Shown one piece after another: positions 20,317 through 27,944 of a stretch of 62,658 bases of DNA. The number at the start of each line of letters is the position of its first letter. Within the stretch, counting starts at the first letter, position 1. The stretch is taken from the NCBI GenBank assembly GCA_963729895.1, contig CAVSQB010000024.1, positions 1 to 62,658 of the forward strand. Direction: 5' to 3'. Both the position numbers and the translations under genes were made by a program. Below the pieces are notes generated by a model. It ran no database searches and was not told where the DNA came from. It saw only the letters and a program-made list of their open reading frames with translations. Source of the stretch: an uncultured Fibrobacterota bacterium (lineage in GTDB: Bacteria > Fibrobacterota > Chitinivibrionia > Chitinivibrionales > FEN-1185).

Positions 20317-20410
20317 GCCGCCTAAATCCGCCGAAGGGGGACTTGAAAAGTGTTGGCTTTGTTATGAAAACAAGTCTTCCAGTAAGCCCCCCTCCGGGGA
20401 TTTAGGGGGC
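20317..20410. repeat. REP-like inverted-repeat pair
   Basis: GCCGCCTAAATCCGCCGAAGGGGGACTT ... AAGCCCCCCTCCGGGGATTTAGGGGGC around an AT-rich spacer. Confidence 0.7.
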
Positions 20411-20512
20411 GAGCAATAAGTGGTAAAGAACGAATCTTTAGAGGACCCACAACGCCCTGTTCCTCCTATCAACCTGTACCGTACGGAGCCGGGAACTCGC
20501 CGTCTTCCTATC

Positions 20513-22246
20513 CTACAACTTCCGTATCAGCTCGAAGTTGCAGATCCGCGCATCAACGTCTCCCGCGGCGTCCTTGACTATTGCGCCTGTCGGATCGAGC
20601 GCAAGCAGAATATCGTTTCCTTCCAGCAAGGATCCGTCGTAGCCTAGGGAAAGGAGTTTTTTCTGTACGGCGCCGAATATGTTCCTATACTCAAGGTGAG
20701 AAATGAGGTTCTTGGTTCGGGCGCTCACGAGATCGATGGGCCGGTACAACTGCCCTTTTTGCTGGGCGACCCACGAATCCGAGCCGTTGTAGTATCCGCG
20801 AATGGAGATGTAATTGCGGTTCTCCGTAAGGATCGGGTTCCCGTCGGCTCCGGTAAGGCCTTTATGCGATTCGTAACGCCTCGGATCGGTCGACTGTTCC
20901 ATCTTTTCGCTTCCTGTCATGTAAATCGCCCGCACGTACACGGTCCCCGCGCTGTGTTCGAGAAGAAACTGCGCAATGGCGAACTCCTCGAACGGGGAGT
21001 TGAATCCGTATTCCGCGGCCTTCCTGTTGTGCTCTTCCGATGGGCCGCCCGCAGGCGTTTCTCCCACGCGCGAGGTCTTCCATACGATATGGACGTTGTC
21101 CTTCGTCACCGTGTAAAACACCTCGTTGTCTTCCGAAAGCCGCCAGCTCACGGTCTTGCGCCACCGCTCGGGCAGAAAATAGTCGAACAGCCTCGGGTTG
21201 CGACCGACCACCCACAGTTGCCCTCCCGTGCTTTCCACGTGGCCGTGGATGTACGGCACACCGAACACCTCGGTCGACTCCAGGTACGGAGGCAACGGCG
21301 TGGGAATAAACCTGTCGCGCTGGTCGTCGAGATAGGAGTGGCGCCGCGAGTACTTGACTTCTTCTTCGTGAAGGGGCGTGCGGAGCAGCAGTTCGTAGTC
21401 GACAACCGAATAGCGCCCGGCCTCAACGAGGCCGTGGACGAACTCGACTTGTTTTGTTTGGGCGGCTTCCCCGCCCGACCGACCCATGTCTGCGACAATG
21501 CGCGTGAACTCATCGCCCACAATCACGTGCGCCGGCTTCATGTCGGCAACGACGTATCCTTTCTTGTCAAGGTCACCGATCGCCTTGCGGGTGATGGGCT
21601 CCAGGGCGACGGCAAGTTCTTCTCCGGAGAGCCCGAGGTCGACGAACGTGTCCACCACGTTTTTTCCCTGTATCCAGCCGTAGACGAGCTTGTATTGCCT
21701 CAGGATGTCGAGGTCGACACCGGGGTGGCGTGCCTTGATTTTGTTGATCTTCGAGCGGGAGCGTCCGCTCTGCCACAATTGCATTTTTTCGGGCGGAACA
21801 TAAATGGCAAGCGGTTCCTGCGTGTAAATAACTACCTCCGGCGGGCCGTATTTCCCTTCCCGGAGTTCCATGACAAGGGAGAATTCCTCCCACGGGCTGT
21901 TGAACTCAGCGTTGATGAATTCGAGCAGCGTGTGCGTGTCGAGCGGCACGTCTTCGCCCACGCGGCAGTTCTTCACCACAAGCTCGATGCTCCTGCCCTT
22001 AACGGCCTTGGTCGGCACCCGGTATACCGCGCCGGTCCCTTGCAGGTGCTCGCGGTGCTCCTCGAACCATTCTCTTTCGTACCAGTTTTCGATGGCGAGC
22101 TGGGCGGCCAGGGGCAGGCCGTGCCGGGTGAAATACATGTCGCCGCCGTCGCTTGTCTTTGTATGCACGTACACAACGCCGAGAATGTTGATCAGGGATT
22201 CCGGTGCGACAAGAACTTTTGCGCCTACAATGTCGTGCTGTTCCAT
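20513..22246 (-). CDS. Hypothetical protein with two tandem protein-kinase-like domains
   Basis: Internal duplication (FNSPWEEF/FNSPFEEF; VVKNCRVGE/VWKTSRVGE); DMKPAH and VDYEL in the first repeat. Confidence 0.75.
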   Translation of the reverse strand: MEQHDIVGAKVLVAPESLINILGVVYVHTKTSDGGDMYFTRHGLPLAAQLAIENWYEREWFEEHREHLQGTGAVYRVPTKAVKGRSIELVVKNCRVGEDVPLDTHTLLEFINAEFNSPWEEFSLVMELREGKYGPPEVVIYTQEPLAIYVPPEKMQLWQSGRSRSKINKIKARHPGVDLDILRQYKLVYGWIQGKNVVDTFVDLGLSGEELAVALEPITRKAIGDLDKKGYVVADMKPAHVIVGDEFTRIVADMGRSGGEAAQTKQVEFVHGLVEAGRYSVVDYELLLRTPLHEEEVKYSRRHSYLDDQRDRFIPTPLPPYLESTEVFGVPYIHGHVESTGGQLWVVGRNPRLFDYFLPERWRKTVSWRLSEDNEVFYTVTKDNVHIVWKTSRVGETPAGGPSEEHNRKAAEYGFNSPFEEFAIAQFLLEHSAGTVYVRAIYMTGSEKMEQSTDPRRYESHKGLTGADGNPILTENRNYISIRGYYNGSDSWVAQQKGQLYRPIDLVSARTKNLISHLEYRNIFGAVQKKLLSLGYDGSLLEGNDILLALDPTGAIVKDAAGDVDARICNFELIRKL

Positions 22247-22292
22247 GGAGATTCTCCGTTCCCCTCACACGGCGCGAGAAGCGCGCACGCTC

Positions 22293-23042
22293 TTACTTCT
22301 GCCCCGAAAAAAATAGTCCCTGCCGCACATCAGTCACCACGTTCAATCTGCAGTTGACGGGAAGCGCAAACAATTCCGCAGGCACGGGCCTGTTCACGAC
22401 GGCATTCGAAATCAGTACCGTGTCGGAAGTGAGTACCCCGCCGCAGTTCTTCCTCACAACCATTCGCACTGGAAATTCGTACACGTGCTGTTGTTCGTTG
22501 AACCGCATCGCGGTCTGCTGGTACAGCTCTCCCTGCGCATCGAAGCTTTCGATAAGATCGATTGCGCCGGACTCCTTGTCCCGCGAAAACACATCCCGGC
22601 CGCCGGGGTCCTCCCGTTCGTGGTAGATGTGCGGCCCGGCGCTTCCCTTCACCGGAAGCAATGCGGTATCCATAGTGACACATCGAAGGTATGCGTCGAA
22701 AAAATTGATTGACCGGTACAGGTCGTCGCACGGCGGCGCTCCGGCGACGCGGCGCAGGGCGTAGCCGCTATTGCGTTTCGTATCAATACCGAAAAGAGCG
22801 GTATCGTTGATGATGAACCGGAACGAAAACGGCGCGCCGTATTCATACGCGGCAGCCCCTGCTGCGGCGTCGTAGTAGAAATGCCCTTTCGCGACTTTGG
22901 AGAATCCCTGAAACGAACTCTTTCTGGTAATTGCGCATTCCAGCGACGAGATACGAACCGGCCAGGGCACAAAGTCCTGCACCTGCGCGGAACCCTGCAT
23001 GAGGAGCGGAACAAGGATGGCAAGGACATTGATTGGCGCCAT
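22293..23042 (-). CDS. Periplasmic LolA-like / lipoprotein-sorting-fold protein
   Basis: Signal peptide; AKGHFYY beta pattern; C-terminal NAVVNRPVPAELF motif. Confidence 0.5.
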   Translation of the reverse strand: MAPINVLAILVPLLMQGSAQVQDFVPWPVRISSLECAITRKSSFQGFSKVAKGHFYYDAAAGAAAYEYGAPFSFRFIINDTALFGIDTKRNSGYALRRVAGAPPCDDLYRSINFFDAYLRCVTMDTALLPVKGSAGPHIYHEREDPGGRDVFSRDKESGAIDLIESFDAQGELYQQTAMRFNEQQHVYEFPVRMVVRKNCGGVLTSDTVLISNAVVNRPVPAELFALPVNCRLNVVTDVRQGLFFSGQK

Positions 23043-23226
23043 GGTTCTTGCTTTACTCGAGGCCTTGGTAATGGTACAATAGAGACTCGCAGACGAAGGC
23101 TTTTGACAGGACCGGCCATTTGATTATATATTGCAGAAGCGGCGTTTATCAGCAATTTCCTTGATGATGCGTTCTCTTCGGCGTCTTCGAACAGTGCAAC
23201 AAACTTCTTCACAAGGGGGTATCCCG

Positions 23227-24141
23227 ATGTCGCGCTTACGTACGATATGTCTCTGTGCAGTCGCCTTGTGCCTCGCGCTGACCGTCCCCGCGTTTGCCCT
23301 GATCGGGATCGGCATTCATTATGGATTCGACAATACCTTGAGTATGAAAAACACCACAGGGTATGGCGATCAAGTTACGTTCGACAACCTCAACCTGGAT
23401 CTGGGCCAAGGTTCTATTTTGAACGGATCGACGGGACTCCCAATATATGTGAGTCGCACCAATTTCAAGTCTGACTTTGCGTTTGGCGGCAAGATATATA
23501 TCGATGTCATTCCATTCATTGATGCCGTTGAAGTTTCAGCGGATTTCGGTTTATGGGACTACGTGGGAAAAATCAATTATCCGTCAGGGTTGAAAAACAA
23601 CCCGCCCTACCCCGCGAATATTGGCGATTCGGCAAATTTCAATTACTCCTCGGAAAACTTGACCCTTAACAATTTTGGCCTCGGGTATTTCGGCCTAGAC
23701 AACACGCCCTACGCCAAATTGCAGCTTGACGCCACCGTACGCAAGTACATCGTTCGGGTTCCATACATGTTGAAAGTGTTCAACCTTTACGGTGGCGCAG
23801 GTCTTACCGTTAACTTCGCCACGCCGATGCTTTCCAGCAATCTTGTGGAGGAGGTTATCAACGAAGAGGCACAGGGGACCAAAACGATTTCGACCTTGGG
23901 CAGGGATCTGCTCGGCAACTCCAGTATCATGAAAGGCGTTGTGCAGAAGATTATCAGCGGCCTGACCCAGCCCTCCTACGGCGCGCACCTCGATCTCGGC
24001 TTCATGGTCAAGATACCGGTTATCCCGGTCGGCATCTACGTTGACGGAAAATTCATGATTCCCTTTGCTCAACTTGACAAATACGTCAACATAGGCGGAA
24101 CGGGGTTCCTTCTCAACGCCGGCATCGCCTGGTCGTTGTAG
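23227..24141 (+). CDS. Hypothetical outer-membrane beta-barrel protein
   Basis: Signal peptide ending AFA; amphipathic strands; C-terminus LNAGIAWSL; upstream TTGACA...TATATT. Confidence 0.7.
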   Translation: MSRLRTICLCAVALCLALTVPAFALIGIGIHYGFDNTLSMKNTTGYGDQVTFDNLNLDLGQGSILNGSTGLPIYVSRTNFKSDFAFGGKIYIDVIPFIDAVEVSADFGLWDYVGKINYPSGLKNNPPYPANIGDSANFNYSSENLTLNNFGLGYFGLDNTPYAKLQLDATVRKYIVRVPYMLKVFNLYGGAGLTVNFATPMLSSNLVEEVINEEAQGTKTISTLGRDLLGNSSIMKGVVQKIISGLTQPSYGAHLDLGFMVKIPVIPVGIYVDGKFMIPFAQLDKYVNIGGTGFLLNAGIAWSL

Positions 24142-24251
24142 AAAGTTGAATGCTTGAGGAGCAGAAGGTTGAAGCGTTGAGGAGAGCATCGCATCCCGGT
24201 TGACACAGTGCCTTATCGGCCCCTGGACCGTCGGCAAAGGAAACGCAACGC

Positions 24252-24752
24252 ATGGACAAACTGTGGGCGCCCTGGCGGATGAAATATATTAAGGAAGGCA
24301 TTGACAAGCCGGAGGACGGCTGTATTTTTTGCACCAAGCCCATGGAAACCGACGACAGGCGGAACCTCATTCTTTACAGGGGCAAAACCGCGTATGTGAT
24401 CTGCAACAAGTTCCCCTACAACAACGGCCACCTCATGGCAGTCCCGTACCTGCACACCTGCAGTCTCGATGACGTAAACGACGCCTGCAGCCTGGAGCTG
24501 TGGAAACTCGTCGTGTTGTCCCGCAACATGCTGGCAAAGGCGTTTTCCCCCGACGGCTTCAACATCGGGCTGAACCTGGGCCGCGTGGCAGGCGCGGGCA
24601 TAGACGCGCACCTGCACGTGCACATTGTGCCGCGCTGGAACGGCGACGTTAATTTCATGCCCGTTATAGGGGAGACAAAGGTAATTTCGCAGAGCCTGGA
24701 GGAAACGTATGAGGCGCTGAAGGGCAAATTTGAAGCGGTTGGCATTGCGTGA
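24252..24752 (+). CDS. HIT-family hydrolase (Ap4A phosphorylase-like)
   Basis: LWAPWR, CIFC, FPYNNGHL, AGAGI and HLHVHIVPRW. Confidence 0.93.
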   Translation: MDKLWAPWRMKYIKEGIDKPEDGCIFCTKPMETDDRRNLILYRGKTAYVICNKFPYNNGHLMAVPYLHTCSLDDVNDACSLELWKLVVLSRNMLAKAFSPDGFNIGLNLGRVAGAGIDAHLHVHIVPRWNGDVNFMPVIGETKVISQSLEETYEALKGKFEAVGIA

Positions 24753-24762
24753 TCCTGAACGG

Positions 24763-25545
24763 TCACGCACATGTTGAAATCGCCGGTTCTTCCTTCGCTT
24801 TAATTTCCTGCGCCGGCCTGTCGGCAAACCACTCCCACAAACCGATCGTGCCGTTCTCCATCTTCGCAAACGTGTACTTCCGGATCCATTCCCCCGTGTT
24901 CACATAGGTCTTTGTCCCGTACCGCAGGATCTCGGGCCGGTGGGTATGGCCGAATACAACGATATCGCTGGACTCGAGCAAGCGCCGGGCGTTCTGCCTG
25001 TACTCCTCGAGCTTTTCCTCGGTAAGCCAGTTGGCGAGCATCTTCCTGCTGTTGCCGGAAAAGAACGATGCAAGCGGCACGCCTATATCCGGGTGCAACA
25101 GCTTGAATAATTTCTGGTTGAACGGGTTCCGCAGAACCTTCTTGAGGAGGCGATAGCCTACATCACCCTTCACCAGGCCGTCGCCGTGATACAGGTGCAC
25201 CTTCTTGCCCTCAATCACCGTCTCGAAGTGCTCCGGATGGATGTGCACGCCCACGATGTCCCGGAGAAAGGGACCAAGGGCGAAGTCGTGGTTGCCTGCC
25301 AGATAATGCACCTCTACGCCGGACTCCACCAGGCGGCGAAGGCGCGAAACGACCAAAAAATAATCGGGGCGTATTCCGTGCCTGTATTCGATCCAAAAGT
25401 CGAATAGGTCGCCCACGATGTACAGGGCGCCCGCGTTTGAGGCAATAGTGTCGAAAAAGGCAAACAATCGTTCCTGCCTTCCGTCATAGCCATTTATCCG
25501 GACGCCGAGATGAGCGTCCGAGACAAAATAAGAAACCGATTTCAT
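24763..25545 (-). CDS. lpxH: UDP-2,3-diacylglucosamine hydrolase
   Basis: SDAHLG, GDLFDFW, GNHD, HGD and GHTH metallophosphoesterase motifs. Confidence 0.88.
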   Translation of the reverse strand: MKSVSYFVSDAHLGVRINGYDGRQERLFAFFDTIASNAGALYIVGDLFDFWIEYRHGIRPDYFLVVSRLRRLVESGVEVHYLAGNHDFALGPFLRDIVGVHIHPEHFETVIEGKKVHLYHGDGLVKGDVGYRLLKKVLRNPFNQKLFKLLHPDIGVPLASFFSGNSRKMLANWLTEEKLEEYRQNARRLLESSDIVVFGHTHRPEILRYGTKTYVNTGEWIRKYTFAKMENGTIGLWEWFADRPAQEIKAKEEPAISTCA

Positions 25546-25696
25546 GCGGGTTTCCGTTGTTTTTTAGGGAGGGGATCCGAATTGGGAGTTACTGCCGGGA
25601 AAGGACCAACATTGCCGGAATCTGCCGAACGCGTTGGAGCACGCCGCGTGCGAAATGTGCGCCCGATGATGCACGTGCCCGCTGCCGTGCTCCACG

Positions 25697-25876
25697 CTAT
25701 TCCCATAGGTCGTCGGTGCTATCGAGATCGCTTGCCATGTCGCTGAAATTTGCATTTTCGTCGTGAAGCGTGCCGAAATTGAGTTCCCTCGTGTCCTCGG
25801 GGGCATCAGCATCATCGTCGTATTCGTCAACATCTCGCAAGATTTCGTCTGCGTCGAACTGCTCGTCAAGAATCAT
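25697..25876 (-). CDS. Small highly acidic protein (59 aa), absent from the ORF track
   Basis: MILDEQFDADEILRDVDEYDDDADAPEDTRELNFGTLHDENANFSDMASDLDSTDDLWE*; SD AGGAGAGGAGGTGA; consensus promoter upstream. Confidence 0.85.
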   Translation of the reverse strand: MILDEQFDADEILRDVDEYDDDADAPEDTRELNFGTLHDENANFSDMASDLDSTDDLWE

Positions 25877-25932
25877 TCGATATCACCTCCTCTCCTATGA
25901 TGCTGTCATCACCTGCTGTAATTTGCAACAGA

Positions 25933-25961
25933 ATTATAATGGATTTTAGAAGCCGTGTCAA
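25933..25961 (-). promoter_or_regulatory. Perfect-consensus sigma70 promoter
   Basis: TTGACA (25961-25956), 17-nt spacer, TATAAT (25938-25933), with AT-rich sequence upstream. Confidence 0.85.
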
Positions 25962-25986
25962 TATGTTTTTTCGAAAAAGATTTGTC

Positions 25987-27291
25987 CGCATTGCCTCAAA
26001 TTAAATGTAACCGAAGGCTTAATCGAAACACGCACCAATTGATTCGTTGCCTCATAATTAAGGTAACCCAAGAAAAAAGGGGGTTACCACTATGGGGCAC
26101 AAAGAAAAAGAAGCATATCGGGAAGCGATACGACAACGATATGCCCATTCCAACAGAGCCGGCAAAAAGCAGATTCTCGATGAGTTTTGTGCGATTTGCC
26201 GATACAATCGCAAGTACGCTATCCGGCTACTTGGAAAACGCAAACAGAAACAAAAAGCCAAGCGTGGAAGAAGACCCTTATATGCTGAACCGCTTTTTAT
26301 TAAGGCGTTACAGTACATCTGGAAAGCCTCTGATTTCATGTGCTCTCGCCGCCTTAAGGTTGTCATTCCAGTATGGCTGCCATTCTACGAACAATCCTTT
26401 GAACTGCTTTCCGAGGAAGTCCGTGCGCGGCTCCTCTCTGTCAGCCGCTCCACGCTTGACCGCGTCCTATGCCCTTTACGTACGCGTATGGGCAAGGGAT
26501 TGTGCGGCACCAAGCCCGGCTCCATGCTGCGCAATCAAATCCCCATCCGTACCGACAACTGGGATATTACCCAGCCTGGATTCATGGAGGCGGATACGGT
26601 TGCCCATTGCGGCACCAGCCTTGCCGGAGAATTTGTGTGGAGCCTTATCATGACTGACATCCATACTGCTTGGACCGAAGGCCGTGCTGTGTGGAATAAG
26701 GGCTCCCAGGGTGTCATTGAGCAGGTTAAAGACATCGAACGACGAATACCTTTTGCCCTGCGTGGCTTTGACTGTGATAACGGGTCCGAGTTCCTCAACT
26801 ATCATCTCGAACGCTACTTCGCCGTGCGACAAGACCCTGTAAAGTTCACCCGGTCACGTCCCTACAAGAAAAACGACAACGCCCATGTCGAACAGAAAAA
26901 CTGGGCGCAGGCCAGGCACATGCTTGGTTATGATCGGATCGAAAACCCCGACACGCTTCCCCTCATTAACGACCTCTATGCCAACGAGTGGTCTCTCTAT
27001 CAAAACCACTTCTGTCCATCGCTGAAACTCAAATCTAAAATCCGGATAGGATCTCGATACCGCAAGACCTATGAAGAACCGAAAACTCCCTATCAAAGAA
27101 TCGTTGAATCACCTTACATAGCTTCAGAAGTCAAGCAAAGCCTTGAACTGACCCACCGTGCTCTCAATCCATTCCAATTAAAAAAGACTATCGAAAGAAA
27201 ACTCAAAACCATTTTCAACCTTGTTACGGTTACCTCATTTGTGAGGCATCGAATCTGACCCTTCGGTTACCTTTTATTATGAGGCAACACG
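25987..27291 (+). mobile_element. Complete 1305-bp insertion sequence (rve/DDE, ISNCY/IS481-like) with 4-bp TSD TGTC
   Basis: Imperfect terminal IRs CGCATTGCCTC.../...GAGGCAACACG, a second inner IR pair, and TGTC at 25983-25986 and 27292-27295. Confidence 0.85.
26092..27258 (+). CDS. Integrase-core (rve) DDE transposase
   Basis: KKQILDEFCAICRYNRKYAIRLL, GFMEADTVAHCG, DCDNGSEF, RPYKKNDNAHVEQKN. Confidence 0.93.
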   Translation: MGHKEKEAYREAIRQRYAHSNRAGKKQILDEFCAICRYNRKYAIRLLGKRKQKQKAKRGRRPLYAEPLFIKALQYIWKASDFMCSRRLKVVIPVWLPFYEQSFELLSEEVRARLLSVSRSTLDRVLCPLRTRMGKGLCGTKPGSMLRNQIPIRTDNWDITQPGFMEADTVAHCGTSLAGEFVWSLIMTDIHTAWTEGRAVWNKGSQGVIEQVKDIERRIPFALRGFDCDNGSEFLNYHLERYFAVRQDPVKFTRSRPYKKNDNAHVEQKNWAQARHMLGYDRIENPDTLPLINDLYANEWSLYQNHFCPSLKLKSKIRIGSRYRKTYEEPKTPYQRIVESPYIASEVKQSLELTHRALNPFQLKKTIERKLKTIFNLVTVTSFVRHRI

Positions 27292-27550
27292 TGTCGAAAA
27301 TCGCAGTACCCCTCTACGCCGTAAGCAGGATACTATGGGAATGCTCCGCAAGAAGTACTACGCGTACCCGCCCCAAATATTCATGCAGGCGCAACATGAT
27401 GAATGAGTCAATAAAGGGCCGGAGAAATTCCCGGATCTCGTCAATGAAAAGAGCTTCGCATCTGCAAAAAAGAAGAATCATGAGCGGAGGATATGCGGTA
27501 CAGAAAGAGGTTGCAGAACGCAGCGCACGGCTGATACCCGGCGTTGCGTC

Positions 27551-27811
27551 CTATGATGAGCCCTTCTTCTTGAGGATGTCGTTGATCTCCTGCTGAACTT
27601 TTGCTTTGTAAAGCACTTCATCAAGGTCGTGAGCGACCTGTTTGCCGTCTTTGAGCAGTGCGGCCCGCTTTTCCAGAAGCGTGATTTCCTCTTCGCGGCG
27701 CATGTTCTCTTCCCTGCGTATCTTAAACACGAGGATCGAGTGGCCGACTGAGAGTCCCAGAAGCAGGACAAGGACCTGGGCGATCCAGAAAATAAGGTAT
27801 TCTTCAAACAT
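27551..27811 (-). CDS. Small membrane-anchored coiled-coil protein
   Basis: 86 aa: N-terminal TM helix followed by a charged helical tail. Confidence 0.65.
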   Translation of the reverse strand: MFEEYLIFWIAQVLVLLLGLSVGHSILVFKIRREENMRREEEITLLEKRAALLKDGKQVAHDLDEVLYKAKVQQEINDILKKKGSS

Positions 27812-27944
27812 CGGAATTAACCCCGTTGCTCGCGCGTGTGTCTTTCTTCCCCGGGCATCCTCGTGATGTAACCCTAAAAATATCTCCGGCATTGGGGGAT
27901 TTCAATAACTATTTCAGCAGGTATTTCTTGATTTTTTTTGCCCT

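Noticed and set aside
20696..22357. Long antisense ORFs (also 29013-30461, 50965-52548, 12987-14168)
   Set aside because: They are shadows of real genes on the opposite strand, as expected with high GC3, and show no motifs.
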